Shown in pieces: positions 37,671 to 52,564 of a DNA stretch of 64,000 nt. The notes below the pieces were generated by a model. That model was given only the letters and a program-made list of their open reading frames with translations. It did no database searches and was not told where the DNA came from. How positions within the stretch are numbered: the stretch's first letter is position 1; each line of letters begins with the position of its first letter. Position numbers and translations under genes: made by a program. The stretch lies in contig NC_043007.1 of NCBI RefSeq assembly GCF_006345805.1, forward strand, positions 77,314,001 to 77,378,000. Reading direction: 5' to 3'. This DNA is from Octopus sinensis. Its lineage: Eukaryota.

Positions 37671-38754
37671 CATGTGTGCGAATTTGTGTTTTTCTACGCA
37701 TTATAGTAAACCTCGGTTGACGGAGCATGTCGCTGAATCTTTCAAAAGTTCGCCTTACAAATACGATGTCCCAGCTTCGATGTTAGCGCCTGGCATTTTA
37801 GGCAAGTATCTGACATGAGTAAAACCGAGCAGACGGAAACCTTTTTGAACCCTTACGGGTGGAGTGTACCTGAGTACCTGTAACGTAAAGCTTCAACCAT
37901 GTCACGCACATTGGCACAGAGATTCTGTCCGGAGTATTACGTTAATGGTAAACGTACGGGTCTGTAGGATACGCAGTCAGGTATATTTTAATTCAGTGAA
38001 TACTTAGTTCAGTTGATCGCACAACAGAATAGTGATTGTCGAGAACTGACGGAGGACCATTTAGTTTTTAATGTAAAAACCTCTGAGATGTGGGTGAAAG
38101 AGAATGTTAGATATAACTAATAGGCGTATCTTCACAGAAATATTTTCACCACACCACACACACACACACACATGCATACAGACACCTATACCGCCTACAC
38201 TCCTACTAGAATATGCATACGTAATGTATATATATACACACACACTACATACATACATACATACATATATATATATATATGTATATTATGTATATATATA
38301 TATATGTATGTGTATATATAGTATATAATATATATATATATATATATATACACATACATACATACATACATACATACAACATGCACACAGACTTCTGTTT
38401 ACGCAGATATCTGTGTGGTGTGTGTGTACGTATATGTATATGTATGTGTTATATATATATATATATGTATATATACATGTCTCTAATATATATATATGTA
38501 TATATATATTATAATATATATATATATATATTATATATATATATAATATATATATATACTTATTATTATATATATATATAATATTCATATGTACAAACAT
38601 ATATACACATGCATACTCACTTATGTATATACAGAGTACTATAAAAGAATAACTGTCTCTTCATTTTTCCTTGACACTATTTTCAAAAGTTTTGACACTC
38701 CCAACTCGAGTGTTTGCATTTTAACTTTGCGTGCTTGGTAATTAATTGGCGACT

Positions 38755-38767
38755 ACAATGATGATGG

Positions 38768-38828
<61 letters not shown>

Positions 38829-38940
38829 CATGACGACTGCGACAACAAAAAAGATAATGATGCTGATAGTGATGATGATGATGGTGATGATGATGTTGAT
38901 GACGACAACGACGATAATGATATTGATAGTCGTCGATGTC
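38755..38940. repeat. (ATG)n microsatellite
   Basis: Seen directly. Confidence 0.95.
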
Positions 38941-39025
38941 AGTGTCAAAATCTCATTATCAATGATCCTCATCGTTGTTATCCTCATCGAATTCATCTTG
39001 TTTATTATTAACCTTAAAACCAAAC

Positions 39026-39234
39026 TACTCTCTTTACTCTTTTACTTGTTTAAGTCATTTGAATGTGGCCATGCTGGAGCACCGCCTTTAATCGAGCAAA
39101 TAGACCCCAGGACTTATTCTTTGTAAGCCTAGTACTTATTCTATCGGTCTCTTTTGCCGAACCGCTAAGTTACGGGGAGGTAAACACGCTAGCATCGGTT
39201 GTCAAGCGATGTTGAGGGAACAAACACAGATACA

Positions 39235-39278
<44 letters not shown>

Positions 39279-39560
39279 ACACACACACACACAACACACA
39301 CACACACACACACACACCACACACACACACACACTTTCTCTCTCTCTCTCTCTCTCACTCACACACACATACACACATATATATATATACATATATACGA
39401 CGGGCTTCTTTCAGTTTCCATCTACCAAATCCACTCACAAGGCTTTGGTCGGCGCAAGGCTATAGTAGAAGACACTTGCCCAAGGTGACGCGCAGTGGGA
39501 CTGAACCCGGAACCATGTGGTTCGTAAGCAAGATACTTACCACACAGCCACTCCTGCGCC
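39026..39560 (-). mobile_element. SINE family A with internal (CA)n(CT)n(TA)n
   Basis: Full consensus on the minus strand. Confidence 0.9.
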
Positions 39561-40407
39561 TAGAGACAATAGCACAACACTACACCACCACCACCACCGC
39601 CGCCGCCGCCGCCGCCACCACCACAACCAGTTTCGTTCGAAAAGTATCGTGCAATTCCGACCGAACTATCTGAAAAAATGCCAACCTTTTTAGTGAGCAC
39701 ATTTGCCAAAATCTTCAACTCTGTATTCAGTTTGGACACGAAATGCTTATAAGCTTGTCCGTTTTGGCACCTTCCATCAAAAGCTTCTCTATTCTCGAGT
39801 TTCATACAACTGAAAATTCTACCACTCTGTTACTAGTTCCGAAAGATTACGTGTCAAGAAATGAGATCAAATCCGGTAAACTACAATATATCTTTAATGA
39901 ACCTCCTCCGTTTTTTTCGAGATATCTCTCTCACACAATTGGACATAGTGTCAGCTATTCCAGGAGCTGATTTTCATACCATTCCAGCACCTTACCCGTC
40001 ACGCTGTGATTTATTGCAGTCTGCCGAATTGGATATCAAGACTCCCTGTCACTCGTCTACTAGTTTCCTTGAAAAGTCCTTCAAAGTACTGCTGAAAAGT
40101 CGCAAATATCCGTTTGTGATACTGGACATCACATCATGTTCCGTGAAAGACCTTATCGTTCTTTCGGTCACCACGAAGTGCCTCAGCCCAACCTCGGGTC
40201 CCTCGAACAGCTTTAATGCTTTCGCATACATCTGAGACTGGACTAAACTTCCGTGCTTAGTGTTGAAAACATGGTCAAATATGTTAACCACCTTAACCAT
40301 CTTGCTCGCGAAGTTTTGTAACTGTTTCTTTGAATGCATTACGCATTCTATTGACACTTCCTTATTCTGTCAGTCTGTCTCTCCTTCTCTCTCATTATCT
40401 ATCTATC

Positions 40408-40489
<82 letters not shown>

Positions 40490-41067
40490 GTCTGCCTACC
40501 CTCTCTGTCTGTCTCCTTCTCCCTCTCTCGATCTATACGAAATATTGCCATTCTTAAACAGATTTACTTTACATTTAAAAACAAACGTAGTTGTTAAGAA
40601 GAACCCCGTATATTTGCTATTGTATCTTCCAGTGTCTATAGATATATTGAATAGATTTGGGGATCGTTTAAGGGCTTTTATGGGTGTGGTTGTCATGTAA
40701 CCAATTGATATTTGTCTATGTTGTTTATCTTTCTCTTTCATTCATTCAGTCATTCTTTCTTTCTTTCTTTCTTTCTTTCCTTTTCATTTCAATCACAATT
40801 ATTTATGAATACCCCGTGTACAACGAGATCAACTTTGTTGTTATTATTGTTCATATTTTTGTCGTTATTGTTGTTCAACCCTAAGCCAAATCTTATCAAG
40901 CAGGTCCACGTTCAAAAGGTATTCCATCTATGATCATCTCATACTTTTTTTTTTTGGCTTTTCTCTGACCCATATTCTCTAAAGTATCCCTCTCCATTTC
41001 TGATGACTGTAAAAACGTGATCTGAGAGAGATTTGGCCGCTATTTCTACATGATCTAGATGATTCTT

Positions 41068-41507
41068 CAGGAGTGGCTGTGTGGTAAATAGGTTGCTTAC
41101 CAACCACATGCTCTCGTGTTCAGTCCCACTGCGTGGCACCTTGGGCAAGTGTCTTCTACTATAGCCTCGGGCTGACCAAAGCCTTGTGAGTGGATTTGGT
41201 AGACGGAAACTGGAAGAAGCCCGTCGTATATGTATTTATATATATATATATATATATATAATAATGTATATGTGTGTGTGTGTATATGTTTGTGTGTCTG
41301 TTTGCCACCCCCACCCCCCAGCTTCGCTTGACAACCGATGCTGGTGTGTTTACGTCCCCGTAACTTAGCGGTTCGGCAAAAGAGACTGATGGAATAAGTA
41401 CTGGGCTTACAAAGAATAAGCTCTGGGGTCAATTTGTTCGACTACAAAGGCGGTGCTCCAGCATGGCCGTCGTCAAATAACTGAATCAAGTAAAAGAGAG
41501 TAAAGAG
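41068..41507 (+). mobile_element. SINE family A
   Basis: Full consensus. Confidence 0.9.
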
Positions 41508-41681
41508 TGTCAGTGTCGCAAGTTGATTTGGCGAGGTGGTCTGTGCTGTAATTCGTATATAGGGCCTGTTTACAGCTTACAATGACTGAGCCAGTCGACA
41601 AATGCTGTATCTTCTGGATTTGTAAATGTGACTTCCCCACATAGCAATGTTTAAATTCAGAATAGGTATATATTCTTGTAT

Positions 41682-41914
41682 GTGGAGGCTGCGTGGCTTA
41701 GTGGTTTGGGTGTCAGCATCATGATCGTAAGATTGTAGTTTCGATTTCTGGACCGGGCGACGCGTTGTGTTCTTGAGCAAAACACTTCATTTCGCGTTGC
41801 TCCAGTCTACTCAGCTGCGATGGACTGGCGTCTCATCCAGCTGGGGAACACATACGCCATTGAAACCGGGACACCAGGCCCATGAGCCTGGTTAGGCTTT
41901 AAAAGGGCGCATTT
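41682..41914 (+). mobile_element. SINE family E
   Basis: gtggagg..cgtggcttagtggt...gtttcgatt...tgtgttcttgagcaaaacac...gcgatggactggcgtc.catccag...ggctttaaaagggcgcattt. Confidence 0.85.
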
Positions 41915-42377
41915 ATTTATATTTTATATATTCTTGTAATTACTGTAAAGTGCTAAAATAACTCACGAAGTAATTCATATACAATATGTACAACAAAGAT
42001 TTATTTCTCTTCCTTGCCAGGTCTGTAAAAATGCCAATATTTAATTTTAAAAAGCAGAGGAGGAATCCATAGAGTCCTGATACTTAAAATCACAAACAAT
42101 AACTTGAAGTAGATGTGACCTCATGACCCAAGAACTAAATGTGTGTCGAGATTTTGTCATTTAGGTCATTTTATCCCGTGTTTATTGAAATAAACATAGA
42201 TATGATTATATATTTATTGATTAAAAAATATATAATGTGACGAATATCCTTGTAAAAGATGATTGGATAGCATGCAAACGTAATAAGACTGAGTTATGGA
42301 TTCATCATCAACACGATGATGACGATCAAGGTGTCGGACATTTTGAAACAAAGATAAAAATTAAAAGCAAGATTTCA

Positions 42378-42604
42378 TGCATACAGGCCACCCCTCTCCA
42401 CGCCACCGATGTTATCCAAGAGAAAGGCAAAGGCCAATACAGCTTGGCACCTGTGACGTCGCAACTCATTTCTACAGCTGAGTGAACTGGAGCAACGTGA
42501 AGTGTCTTGCTCAAGAACACAACACGCAGCCCGGCCCGGGATTCCAGCTCACAACCTCGCGATCGTAAGCTCGACGTTCTAACCACTGAGCCACGCAGCT
42601 TCAC
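42378..42604 (-). mobile_element. SINE family C with tRNA-like head
   Basis: Minus strand: gtggctcagtggttagaacgtcgagcttacgatc...tgtgttcttgagcaagacact. Confidence 0.85.
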
Positions 42605-43129
42605 CATATATATACATACATACATACACTGATAATTAAACCCGCAATATCTGAAATAACTTACATGCATGCTATCTCTCTCTTTCTCTCTCTTTTTCCT
42701 CTCTCCCTCTATCTCTGTCTCTCTTGCACACACACACATGCACACACAAGTATATACACACACACACACACACACCACATATCTCCATTATGAATACACA
42801 CATCACTATTCCCAGTCCAGTCATAACTTCACATCGCTATCCTATCCTGTTCTATCTGTGTCGATTAATTAATGACTGGTTGGAAAACACGTGTTGTCAG
42901 ATGGTGGGAGAATGGTATATGGGGAGAAGGCAGAGAAGGTATACACAGACACAGACTCACAGGTATACACAGACACATCGACACACATGCACACACATAC
43001 ATGAGCATATATGCGCAATTTTATGCGTATACAAACTATATACAAAAATGCCAACTAGCAGAACCAGTATACACGTATACATACCTTTCTATACCCATTC
43101 ACAGTTATGCTACATCGGCATTCACACAC

Positions 43130-43205
<76 letters not shown>

Positions 43206-43638
43206 ACACACACACACACACCACATGTACGGACATGTACGGGCATATACACACACGGGGACAGCTGAACACACTCACACATATACATGCTAACTGAGAT
43301 AGAGACTTGCATAAAGACAAAAAAAGTTTTGATGCAGATTCCAAGCCATACAGCAACTATACTTTTACAGACATACGTTGTTTAGAGGGTATTACCTTAC
43401 CTTTATATTCTATAAAATTCCTCACAAAAATAGAAGATCAAGATTAATTCTAGGAGCGACTTTCATATCGCATCACAAAGACAAAATAACTAGCACTTCG
43501 TCGCTTACGACGACGAGAGTTCCAGCTGATCCGAGCAACGGAGCAGTCTGCTCGTGAAATTAACCTGCAGGTGGCGAGTACTCCACAGACACGTGTACCC
43601 TTAACGTAGTTCTCACAGAATTTAACAAGGCTGGCCTT

Positions 43639-43679
<41 letters not shown>

Positions 43680-43786
43680 AAGAGTAAATATATTGTGCCA
43701 TATATTTACTCTTTGTATATTTTCCCCACGGGCTATTCTCTACTGGAAAGCAATACTCTAGTATTGCATTACTAATTTATATATAT

Positions 43787-43864
<78 letters not shown>

Positions 43865-43903
43865 TATATATTATATATATATATATATATATATTGTATA
43901 TAT

Positions 43904-43936
<33 letters not shown>

Positions 43937-43944
43937 TTTTTTTT

Positions 43945-44231
43945 GAATGACCATGGGATTGCACCTAGAAAGTCACCCTCCCAGGTAAGGTTGTTTATGG
44001 AAGACCAGCAGTCACCCATGCATACCGGCCACCCCTCTCCACGCCACCAATGTTATCGAAGGGAAAGGCGAGGACCGATACAGCTTGGCACCTGTGACGT
44101 CGCAACTCATTTCTACAGCTGAGTGCACTGGAGCAACGTGAAGTAAAGTGTCTTGTCGAGGACACAACGCACCGCCGCGAATCGAACTTGCGACTTTACG
44201 ATCATGAGGCGAATACCCTAATCACTAAGTC
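43945..44231 (-). mobile_element. SINE family C
   Basis: Matches 783-1013 and 42378-42604. Confidence 0.8.
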
Positions 44232-44411
44232 ACAATACCAAAATATATACGCAAATAATACATATTCAAAAAATTTCATCAAGAAAAATACGAGGCTCCA
44301 AACGATGCTAGAGGATCACCAGTCGGCGTGTTTTTGCGTCATCAATAGTGATTCTGCCTCGTGAATCATAGACACTACCAATGTCATTTGGAGTTGAAGG
44401 ATCTTTTCTGT

Positions 44412-44631
44412 TACTCTCTTTTACTCTTTTACTCTTTTACTTGTTTCAGTCATGTGACTGTTTCCATGCTGGAGCACCGCTTTTAGTCGAGCAAATCGAC
44501 CCCCATGACTTATTCTTTGGAAGCCAAGTACTTATTCTATCGGTCTCTTTTGACGAACCGCTAAGTTACGGGAGACGTAAACACACCAACGTCGGTTGTC
44601 AAGCGATGTTGGGGGACAAACACAGACACAC

Positions 44632-44673
<42 letters not shown>

Positions 44674-44859
44674 TATATATATACACACATATATGCGACG
44701 GGCTTCTTTTCAGTTTCCGTCTACCAAATCCATACACAAGGCTTTGGTCGGCCCGAGGCTATAGTAGAAGACACTTGTCCAAAGTGCCACGCAGTGGGAC
44801 TGAACCCGGAACTATGTGGTTCGTAAGCCAGCTACGTACCACACAGCCACTCCTGCACC
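44412..44859 (-). mobile_element. SINE family A
   Basis: Full consensus with (TTTTACTC)n tail. Confidence 0.9.
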
Positions 44860-45452
44860 TATAAAAATAGCAAATAAAAGATTTTTCTCTGAGACAAAAT
44901 CCTGCGATGAACGTTATTCCTTTTCCATTGCGAAAGAACCTGTTAAAAATACATTTATACAGCATTATTTTGAGCTTCACTGCTTTATGGGCTTACACGG
45001 AATAAATTCCAGTTTGTTAAGTCTAGCGTTTGATCTAACATTTGATCTGCTATAAATAGAACCTTGACATTTTTTTACGCTTTAACAAAAGAATCCAAAT
45101 ACCAGATGACATATTAAAATCTGCACTCCTAGATACACTGCGCCATGTTTGGTATTAATTCGGGCTAGCGTCGGCGTAAGCGCATCGACCATGTGCTGAT
45201 GACGTAAAAGGGTAGATGGGTGGACAACAAACCAATTGATCATTTGCTGAGAACTGGCCGAAACCAAGTTTGTGGTGGCAAACGCTTGTTAAGGAAGTTC
45301 TCAAGGTCGTTCGGCACAAGTTGGGGTGGGGTGGGGGAGAGAATGTCTTAATTTAGATAAATACACACACATATCAATTATCATACAACACACATTCTTG
45401 ATCTATTAAAATTAACTACATTCTAGAGGATTCGTAATAATTACCAAATCTC

Positions 45453-45841
45453 TCTGTATATATAAACCTGAAGTTGTCTGTGTATGGCATGTTTGGTAGC
45501 TTTCAACTAACACTATCTCCTCCGGGACCCTGAGGCGCAAGTTGACCAAAATTGAGATTATAATAGAAGAAGGCTTGCTCTTCCTTCCGTAGAAGATAAA
45601 ATTCAAATCGAACCATGTTAACACTAAAAATTATTTACATCAAAAAGGTGCTTTTTTCTATGAAAATCCCTATTTTTTACGATTTTTTTACTGCTGTGTC
45701 GCCATTTTTTGGTGTATTTCAACCAGAAAAATGTTCACTTAAAGAGAATAACAAGCTACATAATGCAATATATTTACTTTTCAATAATTCTAATTCTAAA
45801 GGGTCGAAATAAACCCGAGCAACGCCGGGCGGTACTGCTAG
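45453..45841 (+). mobile_element. Non-autonomous Helitron
   Basis: 5' TCTGTATATATAAA...TTGTCTGTGT. 3' hairpin CCCGAGC-AAC-GCCGGG (45814-45829), then CTAG (45838-45841) followed by T. Confidence 0.75.
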
Positions 45842-46729
45842 TGATAATTAAAACCAAATCCACAGGTGAAAAGGAAATAATCATAAGTCTCATGCCACCA
45901 AGGGAAAGTATTGGTTTGTTGTTAGAGGATTCTTTGTCACGAAAAGATTGGGCAAGTGTTGTGCCGATGACGGCATTTTTGTCAGAAACACGTGTCCATG
46001 ACAGGACTCTTACCTCAAGACAGTAAGCGGTCCCCCCCCTTTTTTTTTGCTGGAATGATTAACTCTGGAGAATTTTTAACTCTTGAAATTACCTTAGCAT
46101 GGAACTGCTCTTAATTGCCATGAGGTAATCTATGACACATTCTCTGGAGGTGGAGATAAATTTAATAAACCACAGATTTATCTTGTATGGTATTTAATAT
46201 ACCTCGAACTGTCTATGTTTTTCAAATGCATGCCAGTGTCTATTCTGAGTTATATAGCTGAGATAATTTTTGAAATAATTTAAAGTTTGATAGGACAGTA
46301 AAATCGCAGAACCATTTGAGCGCCGAACAAAAGACCATCCAGTATTTCTCAAGACTATTTACAATCTGAATTCAAATCTCAACTCGGTTAGCTTTGCTTT
46401 TTGATCCCTCCAAGATCGATCAAATAAAGTACTAAAGAAATATACATATGGCATGGCTGTGTGGTAAGAAGCTTGCTTCCCAACCACATGGTCCCGGGTT
46501 CAGTCCCACTGCGTGGCACCTTGGGTAAATGTCTTCTACTATAGCCTCTGGCCACTTTTTTCCGTTTTACTCGATTTTCTAAAAGCTGTTTTTACTGTTT
46601 TTCTCTTGCATTTGAGATTCCCTTCACACACCCACACACACCCACACATACACACACACATTGTGTAGATAGATAGACAGATAGATAGTGAAACAGACGG
46701 ACAGAGATAAATATTAATACCTACATACA

Positions 46730-47908
46730 TAGGTATTTGGAGGAATAATTCATGAGCTTTTTTTTCTTTTTCAAATTTAAAAATGCACGCAGAAATAAAA
46801 TGCTTTGGTAAAATGTTTTACGTTATCTGAAAGAGAATTTTTTGCTCTACAAGATAGTGCGTTTTGATTTTTTATTTTCATTTATTTTTGTGTATTTTCT
46901 GATCATTAAAATAGAACGTCACATGGACAAAACTGAGCATTTTCCACACCATTTGCCTTTTGCATTTAATCGAGGTGCTAAGCTCGTCGAAACTACTCGT
47001 GAGATTTGTGCTGTGTATGGAGAAGGAGCAATACCTCGAAGTACCAACCGCTGTTGGTTTTCGCGCTTCAAAAATAGGGATTTTGACCTCAAGGACGGAT
47101 CATACACCGGTCGACCAACTGAGTTCGATGAACCTTGCCCACTGAGTGAAGGTGGTTTCCCACAGTTTTTTTTTATCACAGTCCATCTGCTCCGCCAATT
47201 CTCTGGCCAAACGGCCAGACTTGGATTTTCGTGAAGAAGTTGATTCAATCCCTCTTCATCGAACTCAATTGGTTGACCGGTGTGTGATTCATCTCTGAGG
47301 TCAGAATTTTCATTTTGGAAGCGCAAAAGTCAACGGCGGGCGGTATTTTGAGGCATTGCAAGGCGGCAAGCTGGCAGAAACGTTAGCAAGCCGGGCGAAA
47401 TGCTTCGCAGTATTTCGTCTGCCGCTACGTTCTGAGTTCAAATTCTGCCGAGGCCGACTTCGCCTTTCTTCCTTTCGGGGTCGATTAAATAAGTACCAGT
47501 TACGCACTGGGGTCAATATTATCGACTTAATCCGTTTGTCTGTCCTTGTTTGTCCTCTCTGTGTGTAGCCCCTTGTGGCTAGTAAAGAAATAGGTATTTT
47601 GAGGCATTGCTCCTCGTCGATACACAGCACAAATATCAGGAGTAGGTTCAGCAAGCTTGACACCTCAATTAAATGCCAAAAGGAAATGGTGTCGAAAATG
47701 CTCAGTTTTGTCCACATGACATTCCATTTTAATGATCTGAAAATACACAAAAATGAATAAAATCAAATGACACATTAACTTGTAGAGAAAAAAATTCTCA
47801 TTCAAATAACATCAAACATTTTACCAATGCTTTTTATTTCTGCGAGCATTTTAAAATTTGACCTCCCCCCCCAAAAAAAAACGCTCATTAATTATTCCTC
47901 AATCCAAT
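46730..47908. mobile_element. Mariner derivative made of two inverted 5' halves
   Basis: Both ends carry gaggaataatt.atgagc and the start of the transposase (MDKTEHF.HH..FAFNRG...ICAVYGEGA...WFSRFKN.DFDL.D...GRP.EFDE), on + from the left and on - from the right. Confidence 0.85.
47360..47592 (+). mobile_element. SINE family B nested in the mariner derivative; 18 bp TSD
   Basis: GGTATTTTGAGGCATTGC at 47342-47359 and 47593-47610. Confidence 0.93.
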
Positions 47909-50487
47909 ATATCAAATAGAATTCAAGATTAATTATTGATTATATATAAACTATTTCTATTTCTTCACCGCTGTGTGCTGTAAAGTTTATATCTCTGTCC
48001 ACTCTCTATCTTTTCTCGTTTCTTTGGACAGTTATTTTTAAACAACATACTTTTAAACCCTTGCCCCAGTTTCCTTCGTGTCTTGGAGGAACTAGATACA
48101 GTGGATGGTTCCAACCAATTTATTGCGCCGTTGTCGATTCTGAGAGGGAGAGGGAGAGAGGAAGAGATATAGTGAGAGCGTGTGTCTGCCTGTGTAGGAA
48201 AGAGATAATATCTGTGAAAGAGCAGGGGGAAAGAAGGAGGGGAGAGAGAGGGGAGAAAGAGAGAGAGGAAAGAGAGAGTGGAGAGAGAGAGAGCGAGAGA
48301 ATGACAGAGAGATAAGGGGAGAGAGACAGAAAGAATGAAAGAAAAAAAAAGGCACTAGCATTTGACTGGTATTTTAATTTTCTATCCCAGGGGATGAAAG
48401 ACTATAGATAACCATGGCGAGATTTGAACTCAGAAAGGGAAGAGTCGGAGCAGTTACCATAAGGCACTCCAACACCCAAGATATTCTGTCAATCGACCGC
48501 CCTTTATTTGATACGGTAGCACAACTTTAAGCTTAATCGTAGTACATTAGCACATCTGTTTTTCTTCGTTCCCATCATTCACTCACTCCCTCTCTCTGTC
48601 TCCCACACTCTCTCCATACACACGTTTCCAAAACACAAGCAAATAAGGTCTTTCTCTTCACACCCTTTTTCGATCCCTCTCCCAATACCTCTACCACCAC
48701 CACAACCACAAATACACGACTTTCCAGACCACGATGCTCAGGAACACCCTTCCGGTTCACATATTGCGCCCAATTAACAACCTACGATACGGTACTTTAA
48801 AAGAACTGCCAGCTGTTCTTATCTATCCTTATGTCCACATTCACCTATATCCACTCCAGGGGGGAATCCGAAAACCCTCTCATTTCATATATTCTTGTTT
48901 GTAAAAAACAAAAAATTTAACCCCTAAAAACATCAATGAAGCATAAAAACAGCATACCCCTCACCTCCAATCCTTGGATAAACACCGAAAATGAGCTCAT
49001 TAATTTGAAAACTATGTACAAGCAACAGTTTTCTATCCAACGTTGTTATTGTTTCGCCCCATATCAGATGTCATTAAGAAAATCTATGATAAAAGCGTTC
49101 CAAGTTTGACCACCTCATTTTTTTTATTATATACAAAGGACTAGGTTTGGCTTGTATGTCGTTCCTTTGGAAGGTGATACAATTTCTTTTGGAAGTTACA
49201 TGACTGCTATTTTCAGTAGGACCATCGATCAGTAGAGTGTGCCACGTTAGCTAGTTCATCCAACGTTTCACCTGTACTTTTCTATCGGTGTCACCTTTGA
49301 ACGAATTTTCGTCAAAACTTCATGGACCTTGCCAACATGTTGACCTCGCACTCCCTCATCTGACACACAATAAAACATGTTCTGATATATTATCCCTGGG
49401 CTAAGGCAGCGAGTTGGCAGAGTTGTTAGCACTCTGGACAAAAGGCTTAGCGGTATTTCGTTCGACTTTACGTTCCAAGCTCAAATTTCGCTTAGGTCGA
49501 CTTTACCTTTCATCATTTTGGAACCGGTAAAATAAGTACCAGTTGAGTACTTGGGTCGATGTAATTGACTTCCTCATTTCCTCAAAATTGCTGACCTTGT
49601 GGCAAAAATTGAAATCAATATAATATTCACCCCAGACACACACTCTATTTTCATTTTTAGTTTCTACATTCCTGTAGAGCATTTCTACTCGGTGTTTTGA
49701 TCTGCTAGAAGTAACTGCCACTCTATACCGCCTAAATGAAGGACAATTCTGGGTAATGTAATGTTCGAAATAGTTAGAAAAATAAAGCATAACGGGTTGG
49801 TCACTGCTACGACATCTTTTTATGTTAGAAATAAGAGTCAAGTTTCTTCAAAATCTTACCTTAATGTCTTAAAAAAACGCAAAGTATATGAAGTTGGATG
49901 GTCACGACTGGAATATCGATCAGGACTGTGTTAGATTAACCACAATCAAATCCACCATCACCACCACCACCACCACCACAAAACCCCACTATCAACATCT
50001 CCACCCTCACAAACAACAGCTATTTGGTTTTATTTTCTGCTTTCTATAAACCAAATCAGTCGAATGATTAAATCCTCTTACTCACGAAGACCTTTTCATA
50101 TTTTACTAAAAAGAAAACTGAATGAACAAAACAAAAAATGCCACTTCTGTTTTTAGAATTTAGTCAGATGAGAAGGAACAGTACCCCCAAGATGTTGGCA
50201 GTTTCTGCTAGACTTGTGAATTTGATGCAGTTAAAGTTTGGCCTGGATATCCGTAGCTTGATGTCTGAACGTCAAAAACCTGCAGCTTCTTTGTACACAC
50301 GATTTATAATTAAATTGTTAAATACGTTAACCACTTGTTTGTCGATAAATTTTCTCGTACGGGGAAATCTATAGCTATAATATTAAGTATTTTTCATCTT
50401 TCTTTAGTTTACATTTCATTAGTCTGCTCTCTCTCTCTCACACACACACAAGATGTCTCTCTTTCTCGTTCCCTTATGTACATACGC

Positions 50488-50880
50488 ACGTGGCTGTGTG
50501 GTAAGTAGCTTGCTAACCAAACTCATGCTTCCGGGTTCAGTCCCACTGCGTGACATCTTGGGCAAGTGTCTTCTACTATAGCCTCGGGCCGACCAATGCC
50601 TTGTGAGTGGATTTGGTAGACGGAAACTGAAAGAAGCCTGTCGTATATATGTATATATGTATATATGTGTGTATGTTTGAGTGTCTGTGTTTGTCCCCCT
50701 AGCATTGCTTGACAACCGATGCTGGTGTGTTTACGTCCCCATCACTTAGCGGTTCGGCAAAAAGAGACCGATAGAATAAGTACTGGGCTTACAAAGAATA
50801 AGTCCCGGGGTCGATTTGCTCGATTAAAGGCGGTGCTCCAGCATGGCCGCAGTCAAATGACTGAAACAAGTAAAATAAAA
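50488..50880 (+). mobile_element. SINE family A, young
   Basis: Full consensus. Confidence 0.9.
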
Positions 50881-51222
50881 AAAAAAAAGAATAAAAAAAA
50901 AAATATTAATACGTATATGTATATTTTGTAAGAATTATGATTATTACAATTATTTTGTAAGAATAATTATAAGTTTCACCATAAATTAACTATAGAACAT
51001 AGTCTAATATTGGGGCATATAAATCAACGACAGAAAAAATGGACATTAGTACGCGTACATAAGTACGTACATGTATGCACGTGCGTACGCACATTCAAAC
51101 TCGTATATACTGTATATACATTTCGGAGCTACACTGTATATAACCTTATATTGTTGCCGATAATATACCATGAGTAAATACAAACTACAGTCTATAATAA
51201 TATTAATAATAATAATAATAAT

Positions 51223-51796
<574 letters not shown>

Positions 51797-51887
51797 CAAT
51801 AATAATAATGATTAATAATAATAATATTAATAATAATAATAATAATAATAATGATAATAATATATAATAATAATAATAATAAAATAA

Positions 51888-51926
<39 letters not shown>

Positions 51927-52167
51927 TGATGATGAGGATAATAATATAATAATAATAACTAATAATAATAATAATAATATAATAATAATAATATAATATA
52001 ATAATGGTTTCAAATTTTGCCACGATGGCAGCAATTTTGGATGAGGGATAAGTCGATTGCATCGACTCCAATGTTGAACTGGTACCTATTTTATCGAGCC
52101 CTTACGGATGAAAGGCAAAGTCGGCCTCGACAGAATTTGAACTCAGAACGTTGCGACGGGCAAAATA

Positions 52168-52290
52168 CTTCTTCTTCTCTTCTTCTTCTTCTATTTCTTC
52201 TTCTTCTTTTCTTCTTCTTCTTTCTTCTTCTTCTTCTTCTTTTTCTGTCTTTTTCTTTTCTTCTTCTCCTTCTTCCTTCTTCTTCTTCTT

Positions 52291-52321
<31 letters not shown>

Positions 52322-52338
52322 TTCTTCTTCTCCTCCTC
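52168..52338. repeat. (CTT)n microsatellite between two SINE B pieces
   Basis: Seen directly. Confidence 0.9.
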
Positions 52339-52506
52339 CAGGCGGTGAGGTGGCACGCTGGTTGAAATGCTTAGCCGTATTTCGCCCGACTTTGCCTTTT
52401 ACCCTTTCGGGGTCGATAAATTAAGTACCAATGAAATTCTGGGGCCGATGTAATCGACTAGTTTCCCTCCCCCCAAATTTCATGTCTCGTGCCTATAACA
52501 GAAAGG

Positions 52507-52564
<58 letters not shown>

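Noticed and set aside
37093-37818. His/Thr- and Cys/Val-rich ORFs of ~200 aa
   Set aside because: Translations of a (TG)n tract.
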